The notes beneath the pieces were generated by a model. That model was given only the letters and a program-made list of their open reading frames with translations, was not told the origin of the DNA and did not search any database. A DNA stretch of 63,877 nt, the filler included, from Pseudogymnoascus verrucosus (Eukaryota): NCBI GenBank assembly GCA_001662655.1. It is 7 parts of 7 records of this genome, joined end to end, with 100 filler letters (N's around TTAATTAATTAA, not from the genome) between each part and the next. Parts side by side here need not be neighbours in the genome. Positions count along the whole stretch, not along the records: positions 1 to 10,800 come from KV460309.1; positions 10,901 to 20,908 come from KV460310.1; 5 more parts are not named here. One strand, written 5' to 3'. The position numbers were made by a program, and so were the translations under genes. Positions 1 through 12,882 of the stretch are shown in pieces. Each line of letters starts with the position of its first letter. Within the stretch, counting starts at the first letter, position 1.

Positions 1-513
1 ATTAATGACGAAGTATTAATTTGCACTCCACAGAGTAGGATTGTAGAAGGTTTTAATCCAAGGTAGCAGTGGAAATGGCGCTGTTAATATAGCTAGCAGC
101 CCTAGAATCTACCTAAATAGCGCCCACATACACATCCGATGTGGAGAATCCGGGGTAAACTACCCCACGGGGAGCCAATGGAGAATCTGTTGATGCACGT
201 GTCTGTACGCATATGGTTTGGTGCAAGGCTGCCCTCCGGCCCTAACAAGCCACACCGGTGGCCGGTGGCCGGTGGCCGGTCTTTTCCCCTGCTGGCGCTC
301 CGGTGCATTTCCCACTCGTCGCCGAGTGAGCAGCCGCGCACAAACCAATGGAGAGGCTGCGTCAGCAAGATGAACGTATATAAACTCGCATTCAGGTGCA
401 TTGGCTCTACTAAACAGTCTACAGATCTCTTTGCTGTCGGTTTTCTCTAATTCATTATTATCTAATGGTACAACGGGCACACTATATCATCTTGCATCCA
501 TTCAGACTTCATC

Positions 514-3156
514 ATGGCCATACCGAAGGAAACACTATCCCTAAATGACGGATGGAAATACACTGCAAGCAACGACTTAGAAGCTGCTGATGTGGAAAAT
601 TGGCACAATGCCCAGCCATTGCCCACATCAATCCACCTTGATCTACTTGCCAATGGCTCCATCCCAGATCCCTTTTCCGCGAAGAATGAGCAGCTTGTGC
701 AATGGGCAGGCAAGAAGACTTGGATCTATGAGAAACAATTCACCGTTCCCTCACAGCTGCTCAGAAATCTCACTCGCATGGTGGTTTTGGTCTTTGAAGG
801 TCTGGATACATACACGACCGTCACGCTGAATGGCACAATTATTCTGGAAACCAACAATATGTTTCTCAGTCATCGGGTCGATATCACAGAGCAAGTTCGT
901 TCTGCTCAGACGGCACAAAACGAGACGCATACTCTGCGAATAGTCTTTCACAACGCCGACCAGAAGGCAATGGAGGAAATGGAGAAGCACCCAGAGCAGA
1001 GTTGGTTCAGTTTTCATTTTGGAAACAAGCGCCTAGCTGTGAGGAAGGCACAGTACCATTTCGTATGTATTGATGGACTTGTACCCCTGCATTTCATTCA
1101 TTGTTTAAGAAGCATCACTGACCAAAGCTAGGGCTGGGACTGGGGTCCTGTGTTGACGGACTGCGGACCGTGGAAGCAGATTAATCTCGAGATATATCAG
1201 ACACGACTTACCGATATCTCAATTCGGACACATCTCGATACTGATCATAGAGAAGCCGTAGTTGATGTGTCGGTCGAGATGGAAGGATTGGCAGACTATG
1301 CAAGAATCAGCATTGAAAGAGACGGCTTGACTGTTGAATCGCGCGTCATATCTCTCACTGATAAAAAAACCACAACTGCGATACGAATACGCAATCCGAA
1401 GCTATGGTGGCCATGGAGTCTCGGCGAACCAAACCTTTACACTGCTAAAGTCACATTGTTCAACGGTTGTGACAGCTCTGTGGAAGAGCTGGATTCTCTC
1501 AGGAAGAGATTCGGTATTCGCAAGATTGAACTCGTGCAGCAACCATTGCGCGATCAAGAGGGATCCAGCTTCTTCTTTCGGGTTAATGGTGTTCCCATCT
1601 TCGCTGCTGGGTCGTGTTGGGTACCGCTGGATTCCTTTCTAGCCCGTGCGACACCAGGGAAATACAGGCGTTGGGTACAACTCGCCAAAGACACTAATCA
1701 GGTCATGATTCGCATCTGGGGTGGAGGCATATACGAACACGATGCGTTTTTCGACGCATGCGACGACCTGGGTGTCCTGGTTTGGCATGATTTCATGTTC
1801 GCGTGTGGCGTATATCCGGCATATTCCTCTTTCGAGGAGAGCGTAATTGCCGAAGTACGTCAGAATGTTACGCGTTTGCGACACCATCCCTCGATCGCCG
1901 TCTGGTGTGGAAACAATGAGGACTACGCGATCGCATACTTGGCCCAGATACACGTGGGTAAAGCGGACTATGACCCAGCGGAAATGGACCCCGACAAAAT
2001 CAAGCAATCCGGGTTTCCGGCACGATTATTTTACGAGGTTCGCTTGCCAGAGGTCTGCAAGGAGTTGATACCTGACATTTCGTACTGGCCGGGCTCTCCA
2101 TTTGGAGGATCATTCTGCAACGCACCAACGGAAGGCGATGTACATCAGTGGCAAGTTTGGCATCTTGATAAATTTCCTTATCAGGATTATCCGCAACTTG
2201 GCGGCCGGATGGTCACGGAGTTTGGCCTGCAATCAATCCNNNNNNNNNNNNNNNNNNNNNNNNNNNNNNNNNNNNNNNNNNNNNNNNNNNNNNNNNNNNN
2301 NNNNNNNNNNNNNNNNNNNNNNNNNNNNNNNNNNNNNNNNNNNNNNNNNNNNNNNNNNNNNNNNNNNNNNNNNNNNNNNNNNNNNNNNNNNNNNNNNNNN
2401 NNNNNNNNNNNNNNNNNNTGGCAACTAAACGACTGCTGGCCGGTATCATCATGGTCCATCGCCGATTCTGACTTGCGCCCGAAGCTGTCATATTGGACAG
2501 TAAAGCGGGAGAATCAGCCAATAACTGCCGGTCTCGCCCGTATAGTCAGTGGGGATTCGCTGGAGTTAGAAGCATGGGCTTGCAATATGACGTTGCGCCA
2601 TGTTTCAATCAACTATGAGATCCAGGCCTGGCATGTCGAGACAGGGCAGAACGTTTGGACCCATACAGTATCAGCAAAGATCCAACTTGACCCTAACCGA
2701 AGCACGGAATTGGGCAGAACCCTATTGGACTCCAGACTTGGCGGCGAGGCACATTACAAATGGAACGAACTGGCATTTGCCATTCGTCTCTTTTCTGCAC
2801 CTGAATCGTCGGTCAGTAATCCAGCCGCTGAGAGAAATCGCATCGCTCGTTATGTAAATTTCCACGAGCCATTGAAGGAAGTTCCTTTTGCCTCTGAGGA
2901 GGGAAAGATCACTGTAAAGCTTACCGAAGGGGAAATCGGGTCCATCATTCAGCTTTCCGTGTCGGTGCCTATGAAAGGAGTCTATCTTGACTTCGAGGAC
3001 GAAGACACTGTCGAGTGGGACGATAACGGCCTGGATCTTGTACCTGGAGAAATGTTCAAAGTATGTGTGACGGGGGTCAAATATGGCGGGGCGAAGAAGC
3101 TGCGAGTTTACTGGTTAGGAGAGACTTCATGGCAGAGCCAAACCCTTGTTGTTTGA
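514..3156 (+). CDS. Glycoside hydrolase family 2 beta-mannosidase (no obvious signal peptide); intron 1063-1131; N gap 2240-2418
   Basis: Splicing GTATGT..CTGAC..TAG joins RKAQYHF to GWDWGP. Further GH2 mannosidase motifs are FEGLDT, LWWP, IRIWGGGIYE, WHDFMFAC, RLRHHPSIAVWCGNNE, TEFG and WQLNDCWP. Confidence 0.93.
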
Positions 3157-3551
3157 TAGAGTCGAAACATTAACATGGACGCACAGTGTGGTTGTCAGAC
3201 ATGTTATGTAGGTAATTTTATGGTAGAGGTTGTATTTATTTTGGCTGAATTTGATCAACGAAGCTGCTCTTGCAATTTTCGTAATCGTTGTACAGGAAGA
3301 AGTCCCTCACTCACTTCTCTGCCTCACAAAATTTGCACCTTTGACGTAGGAAGCTCGGATTTGCTTGCAGCAGTGAGTCAAGATGCAATGGCTGTTTAGC
3401 AAATTGATGCCAGAACGTATTGTATAGTTAAAGCTAGGGGTGGAAGAGGAGAACCCTCGGGGTTTCTGTTGTTACAATGTGGTGATCCTGCTTCTGAGTC
3501 GGCATGGTGGCGATAATCTGTCTCTGAACGGGGCACGCTCGTTCCTCCGTA

Positions 3552-5682
3552 TCATGTATTAAACATGCTGAACAGTTCAGAATTCAATGGTAGTGCACCA
3601 TCAGAATTGAGCTCTATTGCTGGCCAGTAACCATTCATCGGACTTATGTCGAGCAGGTAGTCCAGGGGAGGGTAGTTTGAGCCGGTAGGCCCCAGCTGGG
3701 GCCAGGAATGAGAGTCTTCGTGGCCTCTGACAGAAAGACGCTGAGAATCAGCCATGATCTGGTCCGCGTTGCAATTATGGAATGTATGAGTTGAGCTATG
3801 GGGTGCATTTCGTAATTGGAACGAAACGTATTCTCCGTAGATCTTCGGGCATACATTGCACCCGACGCTCAAGTCCATCATTAGAGACGCTACCCGCTCA
3901 GCCTTCATGAGATAGCTTTTTAATGTAGAATTTTCTGGAGATATGTTGTCTGCATACACCAGATGCAGACAACAGAGAGCAAGCATGGTAAAGCCGTAGT
4001 CAGGCATGTATCTTAACTGTTCCCTCGCTACGGGCTTAAGGTCAAGGATGCTGTCGCAGCATGTAGCGGCTGCATCTGCTGACTTTAACACGCAATTGAG
4101 AAAGGCAGATAGTTCGGGCGATTGCGCAGTCATTGATGGAAAGATACCGAGACCAGTTTTGGTAACTAGCTGATGCGAAATGATAGGTGTTGCAAAAGAA
4201 ACGATGTTGAATCGTGTCAGAATACCCATGAAGGCAGTAATGGAATTCGCGAAGATGGACGGGTCCTGAAAATTGGAGGCGACGGAACTCCTACTAGGAG
4301 AGCTTATTTCAGTAGGCGAAAGCCACTCGGAATGCCATTCTTGCAACAGGTTTTCGACGTTCTCCAGAAGCTCTGGCAAGGCTCCGCCATCCTTAATATC
4401 CGGAAGCACACACCACCATTCGGGCAAGCTCTTGTCAAGACGAGCAGCTTGGTCCCACTTGTGATGAAGGGCCGCTTCTGCCAAGACCCTCCAAACGCCC
4501 GGCGAAGGATCCAAGTTCATGATGAGATCCAGTGTGGAGGCGATAGTCTGGTCATAGGGTATAGTAGGTGGAGTTCTAGTCAAGACGGAGTGGTGGCGAG
4601 ATTTGACAAATAGCCACAACCAAAAGAAGGCGCAGCGGTACGGCAGCGACGACAATATGTCCAATTCGCGGGATTCTATGAGTGCCTTGAGATCCTCGAC
4701 AGACTGATGAAGCGAGACCTGCATGGCGCACGTCTCCACCGCAGACTTGACAGCCCACGGACTCATCTGCTTTTCTTTATCCTGTTTAGATACTGCAGCC
4801 ACTCTTGGGTACGCGTAAAGAACGGCCAGAGCTTGCAGCAAAGTCCAGTTTTCTTTTTGAGTATTATCTATGGCATCGTGAGGCTCTTTCAGCATTTTCA
4901 ACATGTGTGGAAGTAGAGCGAGGCGTGTTGAAGTGTAACCTGGACTATGAGTTGATGCAACAAATGCCATGGCATATGCAAGAGGCCGCCGGCTGCTGAT
5001 CAAACTCTCAGGATTATCCAACTGTTCCAACGAGAGAACGGGTGTATAGCAGATCATTTTCTGGAGAAAGCTAGGAAGAACAATTGGCATTAGCCGCTCC
5101 GAGTTTAAGCCGGTTCCGTGATATTTCGGGAAACTCACAATTCGACCAGGTCAAGAATTATAGAATGCGAAACCTGATCTAATTCAAGTCTAGTATGAGA
5201 AGCAGGCACGCCACCGGAAGGGCTATCACTCTCAGAGGCCATTGTCGAGGCAATAGTAATTGGTGACGAGGAAAATATGGACGGCAGACTCGTTTGGTAG
5301 AGTAATGGATTCCGCTGTTCCGAGGCTAGCCCTGGAGATGGTTCCTGAAGCTGACTAGCAGCCTCTGTTCGTACAGCGAGTGATGCAGACTCATGACTGA
5401 CTCCTGGCGATGGTGTATGCTCAACGAGAGGATTAGGTGAAGTCACTGCATTGGAACTGGACGGCGGCAAGTGACGTTGCTGACGGTTTGGGAGTTGGAC
5501 CATGCATTCGCGGTTGCTCTTAACACAGCGGGCGCACGGCGGATTGGCAGCGCCAATGCATCTCATCTGCAAATTGGTCAGTCATCCATCCATGTGGCTT
5601 AATGAGTAGCACAACACACCTTCAGCCTGCGGCAGGACACGCAAGCTACGGGCGCAGCACCCAGCAGGCGGTCCGCTGCCAT
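3552..5682 (-). CDS. Zn(II)2Cys6 fungal transcription factor; introns 5567-5619 and 5071-5138
   Basis: Spliced N-terminus reads MAADRLLGAAPVACVSCRRLK|MRCIGAANPPCARCVKSNREC (six-Cys cluster). The second GT-AG intron joins to the 528-aa ORF in frame (EFFLQKMICY). Confidence 0.9.
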
Positions 5683-6202
5683 GGTAGTAAAGTGGAAGCT
5701 ATTTGTACAGAGAATGGAAATCTCTGGCGATGTTGTATGAGTTAAAATACACAGCTCCAGCAGCTAACTATCCATAGCCCCGTAACTAACTACCCCGCAC
5801 TTCGCCTAAGACTCCGAGGCAGTTAGTAGTGCGCGGAACTAACTACGTGGGGTTTGTCTCGTGCCTTTCTATTTTAAAGGCTGGTACTACAGCGTTGGGG
5901 TTAGCTCATCCTGTAGCTAGCCTAGAAGAAACCTTAAGTCCGGCCTAGGATTAAGTATCCGTACATCAGGCGGATTGGTCGAATCTAAAGGTGAACTAGA
6001 TTCTCTAGTTGAAGCGGAAACAGGCCCTAATTCCGTTGCGAGCAATACTAGTACAAGGCAACTACAGGATTGTAGCTAACACTTAGGTAAGTCATCCATT
6101 AATACGTATACGCCTAGCGTATCTATACACCTAGGCCTATATCTTACTAATTAAACCACATATTACCATTTTAGGTATAATCTCAGTCGCGAGGTATGGC
6201 AG

Positions 6203-6355
6203 GCGGGGTTTGGCGCCCGCCCGATCGGGCAACGCGCGTGCACGGGCCTGCCGCCGCTTTCGAGTTCTATAAAAGAGGCGGCTCCCTCCCTCCGACTCTG
6301 TCCCTCTCCACCGTCGCTCCTCCCTCCTAACTTTCTCGCACCTGCTGCGCTCATC
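6203..6355 (+). repeat. ~150-bp promoter-like segment duplicated at 45016-45163
   Basis: Both sites read GCGGGGTTTGGCGCCCG..AACGCGCGTG..GCCGCTTTCGAGTT(C/G)TATAAA..pyrimidine tract..CTCTCCACCGT..CTCCCTCCTA. Confidence 0.75.
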
Positions 6356-6392
6356 GCGCGACGCTTGACCCCCTCCGCCCCCTCCATACTGC

Positions 6393-7464
6393 ATGATGGC
6401 TCCACCTAACGGATCGCCCTTCTCGGCCTCCCACAGCTGAAAACCCGGAGTGGCACATGAACGCTTCGTAGAGCCACAACCTCGAGTTACACCCTCTAAT
6501 GACTGCGCCGTCCATGCCACCGAGCTCTTTGCGATGGCAACGANNNNNNNNNNNNNNNNNNNGCTAAGCTGCGTTCCGCTCGACCTGCCTCTCTCGCGCC
6601 CTTCGCTGTCGCCGCGCACATCTGAAGCCTCTTGCAACTGTGGTATGCGCAATCCGCCTCAAGAGTGCCTTGCGCAACGACCTAGCTAATCGCAAAAATG
6701 CCTCGCGGTGACGTGGCTGGCCCTTGCGTAGACCGCCGCGCGGCACATTTTGTGACGTTGCGAGTTGCAGGCACTAGCAGTGACCTCTGCCTTAGTCTAG
6801 GCTGGTTTTAGAGAGAAGGGCTGATGTGAGATCGAAGTGGAGATCCCTCTTAAAGGCCGTCGCGGCTGCGACTATCCCTATGTTGCATTTTGTTGCCTTT
6901 CACTTTCGCTTCGTAGCGTTCATTTAGGAATATTACTAGGATTGCAGACAAATGGATACGGAGAGCGGACAATCATTAGAGTCAGGCAGTTAGAGTCGTC
7001 TGACCTTAGATGCTGCCCTATCTGGCCGTTAGGCGGTTAGTTGGGGCTTGCAAAGCGATCGCCTTCACAACATGCATAGTCTAGATATGATTCCTCCTTC
7101 TAGCAGCAGAGGGGCCGACCCTACCGCTAAACGCTCAACTGAGAGTAAGACTCCGCTCTTGAGACCACTTAAGTTGCAGCAGCGCAGTCACTAGAGACCC
7201 TCGGAATACGACGTGTCATGTCCCTCTTTGACGTAAATGTCTAGTTGGTAGAATCAGATTAAGCCTAGAGCGGAAAGTTCACTGCCTGGCTGCAGAGCAC
7301 GGGAAATGACGAGGTGACACGGAGCGTGGAGACCAGGGAAGCAAATGGGCTCGTGGATTCCAGCGAGTCACAGCAACAGTGCGGAGCGACTGTCCGAATC
7401 TCTATATAAGCTCCTTCATTTCCGCTAGAGAGACACGTTATAGAGACCATTATCCCACTTAGCG
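6393..7464 (+). pseudogene. Degenerate coding-like sequence of unknown product
   Basis: It lies downstream of a TATA-containing segment. A frame near 7205-7460 reads IRRVMSLFDVNV*LVESD*A*SGKFTAWLQ...; the TAG/TAA stops are of the type RIP makes. Boundaries are uncertain. Confidence 0.3.
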
Positions 7465-7789
7465 NNNNNNNNNNNNNNNNNNNNNNNNNNNNNNNNNNNN
7501 NNNNNNNNNNNNNNNNNNNNNNNNNNNNNNNNNNNNNNNNNNNNNNNNNNNNNNNNNNNNNNNNNNNNNNNNNNNNNNNNNNNNNNNNNNNNNNNNNAGC
7601 ACGGAATGTTCAAGATGGCGCTCGTTAGATGACTCTTCCATCTCTTGATGAGTTCGTACTTATTTAGTGACAGTATATATAATAGAGACATGAATGTAAC
7701 TAGGTTTTGAATATGTGCAATGATAATGTCACCCTATTTACGTCTTCGTCTACTCAACCACCATCCAACGACGTATCAAGTTGGAATAT

Positions 7790-9069
7790 CTACAAGCATT
7801 GTGAATACCAGTCATTACCGTAAGTGCACACAAACGGCGNNCAGTAGTAGTGGATGCCGGATTGGAGGTAGAAGTGGGCTTCTGGCTGGTTGGAGCGGCG
7901 GTCGACGAAGATGGCGGTACGGACCCACCGCTTTCTGAGAACGTAGAGCCGATATCTCCCCACCTGATGTTCGAGAAGGTGACATAAGTTCCTGGTGTTT
8001 GTTGCTGGATGTTCGTCGGGTTTCCTTCCGAGCTGCTGCATGGGCCGGAGCTGCCGCTGTCCAGCCAGCTCATGTGCTGTCCGGCGTCATTCCAAATGCT
8101 GAAGATTAGTACCATGCCGCGACCCAGTGCCTGACCCATGGTGGTCAGTCCACCGAGCCTGGCGGCAGCGGCATCGGACGATGAGCACCATGCAGCCTTG
8201 ATAGAGTCCATGCCAGACGAGGTTACGGCATTCTGGATCACCTTGCCATTCTGGATGTAGAGGCGACGGATCTCGGTGAGGGTGCCGGTCTGAGTGTTGT
8301 CATTTGTGTAGAACTGCGTGATCACAGTGATGGGCTTGAGGGTATCGACAGTGCCGCCGTTGCCATAGTAGTTGTGGAGACCCTGGGCATAGGGGTTGAA
8401 ACCGCAGCCGGAGCTGTCACAGCTATTACCCTGGCATGGATGCGGCGTCAGCGCCGTAGCGTTGGCATTGGCTTCCCAGATATCCNNNNNNNNNNNNNNN
8501 NNNNNNNNNNNNNNNNNNNNNNNNNNNNNNNNNNNNNNNNNNNNNNNNNNNNNNNNNNNNNNNNNNNNNNNNNNNNNNNNNNNNNNNNNCTCTCCGCAGA
8601 CGAGAGTTGAGGCGTCAACATCGAATCTCAGCTCCTGTCCAAGGAGATGGAGCATCTCGTAGTTGCCATCGGAGCCGAGGAGATAGATTCGCGGGGAGGC
8701 ATTGGTGGTAACTCCGTTGTTCTGGACATATTGTTTAAGCGTTACAGCATTTCCAGATGTGGTTACGCCACTGCCAGCGTAGTTGGCACCTTCGATAGCA
8801 CAGTTCGCTGCGCATGTGACCTCATTGGGGCACAATGTGGCATCTACACCGCTGGAGGTCGTGCATGACGTCTGGCTGTTAACCTTATGGATCGGGTGGT
8901 AACCCCAGTCCAGAACGATAGAGGTGTCCTGCTGGACACAGCCACCACCTGTGGTGCATTTCCAAGTCGGCAGCTTGGGATGAACTTCTGGTGTTTGAGT
9001 GCCAATTTGCTGGGCTGCGACTAGGGGAAGAATGGCAGCCAATGCTGTGAAAACAAGCTTTTGTGCCAT
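7790..9069 (-). CDS. Secreted GH7 endoglucanase (Cel7B/EGI-type) with Ser/Thr linker and C-terminal CBM1; partly in N gaps
   Basis: Signal peptide, then [19 protein letters not shown], catalytic-region [15 protein letters not shown] and [12 protein letters not shown]. The CBM1 tail [12 protein letters not shown] lies in another frame after the small gap at 7840. Confidence 0.93.
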
Positions 9070-10641
9070 GGCTGGAGCACTGTGGCTAAGAAAATGACGA
9101 GAAAGCAGAGTGAGTATGACGAGAGAAACCCGTTACGAACCCATCGCGACACTATGAGATATTTATACACAAGCATACTGTATACCGTAACGCAGAAGAG
9201 GAGAATAGTGCTCTTTCAAACATGTCCAGGCGACCTCTTTTCTGTCTCCAGTTAAGCAATGACAAGGGTATTAAAGCCTTGTTGACCCACATCATAAGCT
9301 TGTAGTTACAGGAGATAGTGGCTGGTGTCCATCGGCCCGTCGGTCCCCGGCAGATTTGCCCAGGAACAGCGGGGTTGTCGAAATTGCTTGTGTTCACTAG
9401 GGCAAAAGGCTGATATTAATTTGAATTACCCAGGTTGGAGAACGGTATACCCCTCTTCTTTGAGGGTATTCTTCTTGCCCTGCCTCGAACCCCTGGCTAG
9501 TTCTCTGGGTATTATCGTTTGTGGCGAGCGGGAACTCTTCTAGAACAAGCCATCATACGCCTTCGAGCCCGCGGACGACGATTTTACACGGCAAAGGCTT
9601 TCTCAACTGCCGTGATCGCCTCAGTCTCTCGGTTCTCTCCGCATTCGAAGCGGCCACATTAATCTCCCACGTCACTATTGCCCATATCGGTGGCCAAACC
9701 TTCTCTTTCCATCAGCATTTCCCGAGAGCCTGTCCTTAAAATGCTTCGTGATGATGTCTGTATCCCGTAGCCAAGGAATATAATTCACCTGGATCACGGG
9801 CATAGTTAAAGCAAGTATCGAGTAATCGTCGTGACCAACTTTTCGCTTCGCTCAAGGTTGGGGTAAGCAAAGTCAGCAGTTGGAAGCAATAGTCAATTGG
9901 AGTGATTCCTGGTGAACTACTCATATTAATCATATTATAGTATATTCCTAACCTATACCAATCAGGCAATGTCATCTCCTAGAATGCAAAATATTCCTCC
10001 GAGCTTTCCGCCCTGATTGCAAGAGATGGGTGCAGTGAGCCGTCATTCACATAATTACAAACAATGAACATGCCTTATTTGTAATCTAAATTGCTAATAA
10101 TGTCTACAAATTTAGAATAGTCTTGCTACATATAGCTGAAATCTCCCTGTTTAAATCACAGCACTGCTTTAATAACTTAGCTAGATAATTATCAACCTCC
10201 TCTACACTTAGCGCGAAAGATCCATACCTCATAACGGTTAGCCTAGCTTAGTAGTTAGAGCTAGAGTCTAATTTAGCATATTCTAGAGGCAGATAGTCTT
10301 GTCTAGAGGTAGATTTTGTTGTTAATTGTTACTATATACTACTAAGTTTCCCCTAGTTTCTATAAACCCTTATCCTCTCTTCCTTAAACTAATCTTTATT
10401 AACCTATATTATAATGTACATTACTATTCAAAAATTAGTTAGTAGGATTTTAACTATCTAAGGCTTTTCTAACTTTTTGTTTGTTATTTCTAGGCTATAC
10501 TCTATAGTTTTGTTTATTTTGTTTAGTTTTAATAGTAATTTTCTTTTATAATATCTCTATTAGTTAATATTTAACTAGCATTATATAAATTAGCTATATA
10601 GCTTATAAGGCTATATAAGAGCCTTGCCTTGTAACGCTAGG

Positions 10642-10770
10642 TGTAAGGACATAGGGCACTGTATTACGAGGAGTTGCATATAGGAGTGCAAGTTGGATAT
10701 AAGTTGGTGTAATCCTATAGGTCTACTACGAAGGATATAAAAAAGATGAAGGGGGAACCCTCTGTTCCTC
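10642..10770 (-). mobile_element. RIP-mutated LTR fragment, same family as the solo LTR at 51125-51407
   Basis: TGTAAGGACATAGGGCACTGTATTACG..GGTCTACTACGAAGGAT matches the reverse complement of ~51290-51407, with mainly transition differences. Confidence 0.75.
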
Positions 10771-10900
10771 TTTCCTTCTATACCTGAAACCCCTCTAACT
10801 NNNNNNNNNNNNNNNNNNNNNNNNNNNNNNNNNNNNNNNNNNNNTTAATTAATTAANNNNNNNNNNNNNNNNNNNNNNNNNNNNNNNNNNNNNNNNNNNN

Positions 10901-11346
10901 GAGTGTTTTGAATACTCCTACAAAGCAATATATCAATAAGTTAGCAGATGAGTTAGAACGCCTTAATACACGCAACACCCTTTAGAAAAGAGAGTGTAAT
11001 AACTTACGTTCAATTATTCAGAAGCGTAGGGCATAGAATAAGGGTAAAAGAGCTGTTTTAAAGGGTTAATTCCACATTTCAACAGAAGAACTCCAGTCGC
11101 AAGTTATAGAAGCAGAAGCAGCAACAGCAACAGCTTCACAGAGGCCTAGAACAACACCACGACCTATAAACGAGGCTATAATTGAGGAAATAGATGAAGA
11201 GAGCGAAGAAGAGCCTTCTGAGGATGATATAGATGAATTAGGGTGGTAGTAATTAAATTATTACGATTTTTTGAAGCTTTTAATAGGGTGGTCCTAACCC
11301 CACTACCGACATTACGCCATTACCGACATTACGCCACGACCTACGT
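10901..11346 (+). mobile_element. pogo/Fot1-like transposon 3' end, TIR core CGTAATGTCGGT
   Basis: RIP-damaged C-terminal transposase sequence (..DIDELGW*) followed by a TIR ending GACCTACGT|TA. Confidence 0.85.
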
Positions 11347-11355
11347 TAACCATTA

Positions 11356-11826
11356 ACGTAGGTTATGGCTATACCGGGACTATGGCCATACCGGGAATCC
11401 GGCAACCACCACTAAATAAAGAGTCACGTGACCTAAATGAAAACTGTAATAACTTTTACAATAGTGCCTATAAAGCTTAATCCTCTTATGTTCTTACTCT
11501 TTATCTACATATATACTATAGCTAAATGTTTTAGAGTGTAAGCTAGCCTTAGAAAGGAGTTATTTATAGTTTAAGTTTTGCCATATAAATATTTTGTATA
11601 GTAAAAGTTTAAACCTTAATATCTCTTATAAAACACAACTAGTACTACTAATGTTTTCATATATATTAGATAACTATATAAATATCGTTAATATAAGAGG
11701 GCTAGGCTATACATCTACTAATTAAAAAGTTATTAAGGTTTTCATTTTAGTCACGTGACCCTCTATTTGGTGGTGGTTGCCGGATTCCCGGTATGGCCAT
11801 AGTCCCGGTATGGCCATGACCTACGT
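11356..11826. mobile_element. MITE, 471 bp, TIR core CCATACCGGGA
   Basis: TIRs at both ends and TA TSD. It is inserted immediately upstream of the ATG of a minus-strand element whose 5' TIR (core CCAGACCTGCT) lies at ~11888-11926. Confidence 0.9.
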
Positions 11827-11926
11827 TATAGTAGTGTTGGTGGTTGTAGTTAGGGGTTTGGTGGATTAGTCCTAGATTTTGGTGGGGTAGCAGGTCTGGC
11901 CATGTAGCAGGTCTGGCCATGACCTA

Positions 11927-12882
11927 ACGTAGGTCGTGGCGTAACGGGTGTAATGGCGTAACGGGGGTATGTACCTTTACAGCTAAACTTGTAACGTAGG
12001 TCATGGCCTAAAGGGCTACATGGCCTAAAGGGCTATTCTAGAAACCACACCAAAATCCACGCTACGTGACTAAAATTAAAACCTTAATAACTTCTGTAAT
12101 AATGGTTATAAATCTTAATGCTCTTAGACTATTACTCTTTATATAATCATCTAATATATGTAAAAACGCTAGTAGCGCTAGTCTTATTTTACAATAAATA
12201 TTAAGGTTTTAACTTTTACTATATAAAATATTTATATAGTAAAACTTAAACTATAAATAACTCTTTAATAAGACTAGCTTACATTATTACAAATTAAACC
12301 CTAATATATGCATATATAAAGAGTAATAATATAAGAGGATTAAGCTTTATAACAGTTAATTAAAAAGTTATTAAGGTTTTAATTTTAGTCACGTGACGTG
12401 GATTTTGGTGTGGTTTCTAGAATAGCCCTTTAGGCCATGTAGCCCTTTAGGCCATGACCTACGTTAAGCAATAGTACTTAGAACCAAAAACTTCAAACCT
12501 AAATAACTCTATGAATAAAATTAGTAAAGCTTATTCCTTGTATATATTAGAACTGTATATAATACTCTTTTATATAAAAAAACGCTAATAGCACTATAAT
12601 TGTTTTGCATAAGTTATTAAAGGTCTAAGATTTTACCATACAAAATATTAGTATGGTAAATCTATAATTGTTAATAACTTCCTTATATAACTAGCTTACA
12701 GGCTGAAATTTCTATGTCGAATATATGTATATATGAAGTTTTTATATACAAAAGTATTATACTTTACATCACCTACTTAAGTAGTTATTAAAGGTTTTAA
12801 TTCTAGTCACGTGATATAAATTCGCTAGCAAAATACCACTACCCCCGTTACGCCATTACACCCGTTACGCCACGACCTACGT
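11927..12882. mobile_element. MITE, TIR core CGTAACGGG, with a nested MITE
   Basis: Matching TIRs ACGTAGGTCGTGGCGTAACGGGTGTAATGGCGTAACGGGGG at both ends, TA flanks. Confidence 0.88.
11994..12464. mobile_element. MITE, 471 bp, TIR core CCTAAAGGGCT (nested)
   Basis: Matching TIRs, long subterminal inverted repeats, TA TSD. Confidence 0.9.

Noticed and set aside
102..480. Overlapping ~100-aa ORFs upstream of GH2
   Set aside because: GC-rich promoter region with no recognisable domains.
7750..7839. C-terminus [11 protein letters not shown] of the 439-aa ORF
   Set aside because: Frame artefact of the small N gap. The real end is the CBM1 frame stopping at 7790.
10845..10856. TTAATTAATTAA inside N runs (also at 20953, 30913, 40246, 49460 and 58431)
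   Set aside because: An identical 12-mer centred in 100-nt N spacers that gives stops in all frames. It is an assembly linker, not biology.
11300..12030. CRISPR-like appearance of short repeats with variable cores
   Set aside because: The sequence is eukaryotic. The repeats are paired inverted transposon ends with TA duplications, not a repeat-spacer array, and there are no cas genes.
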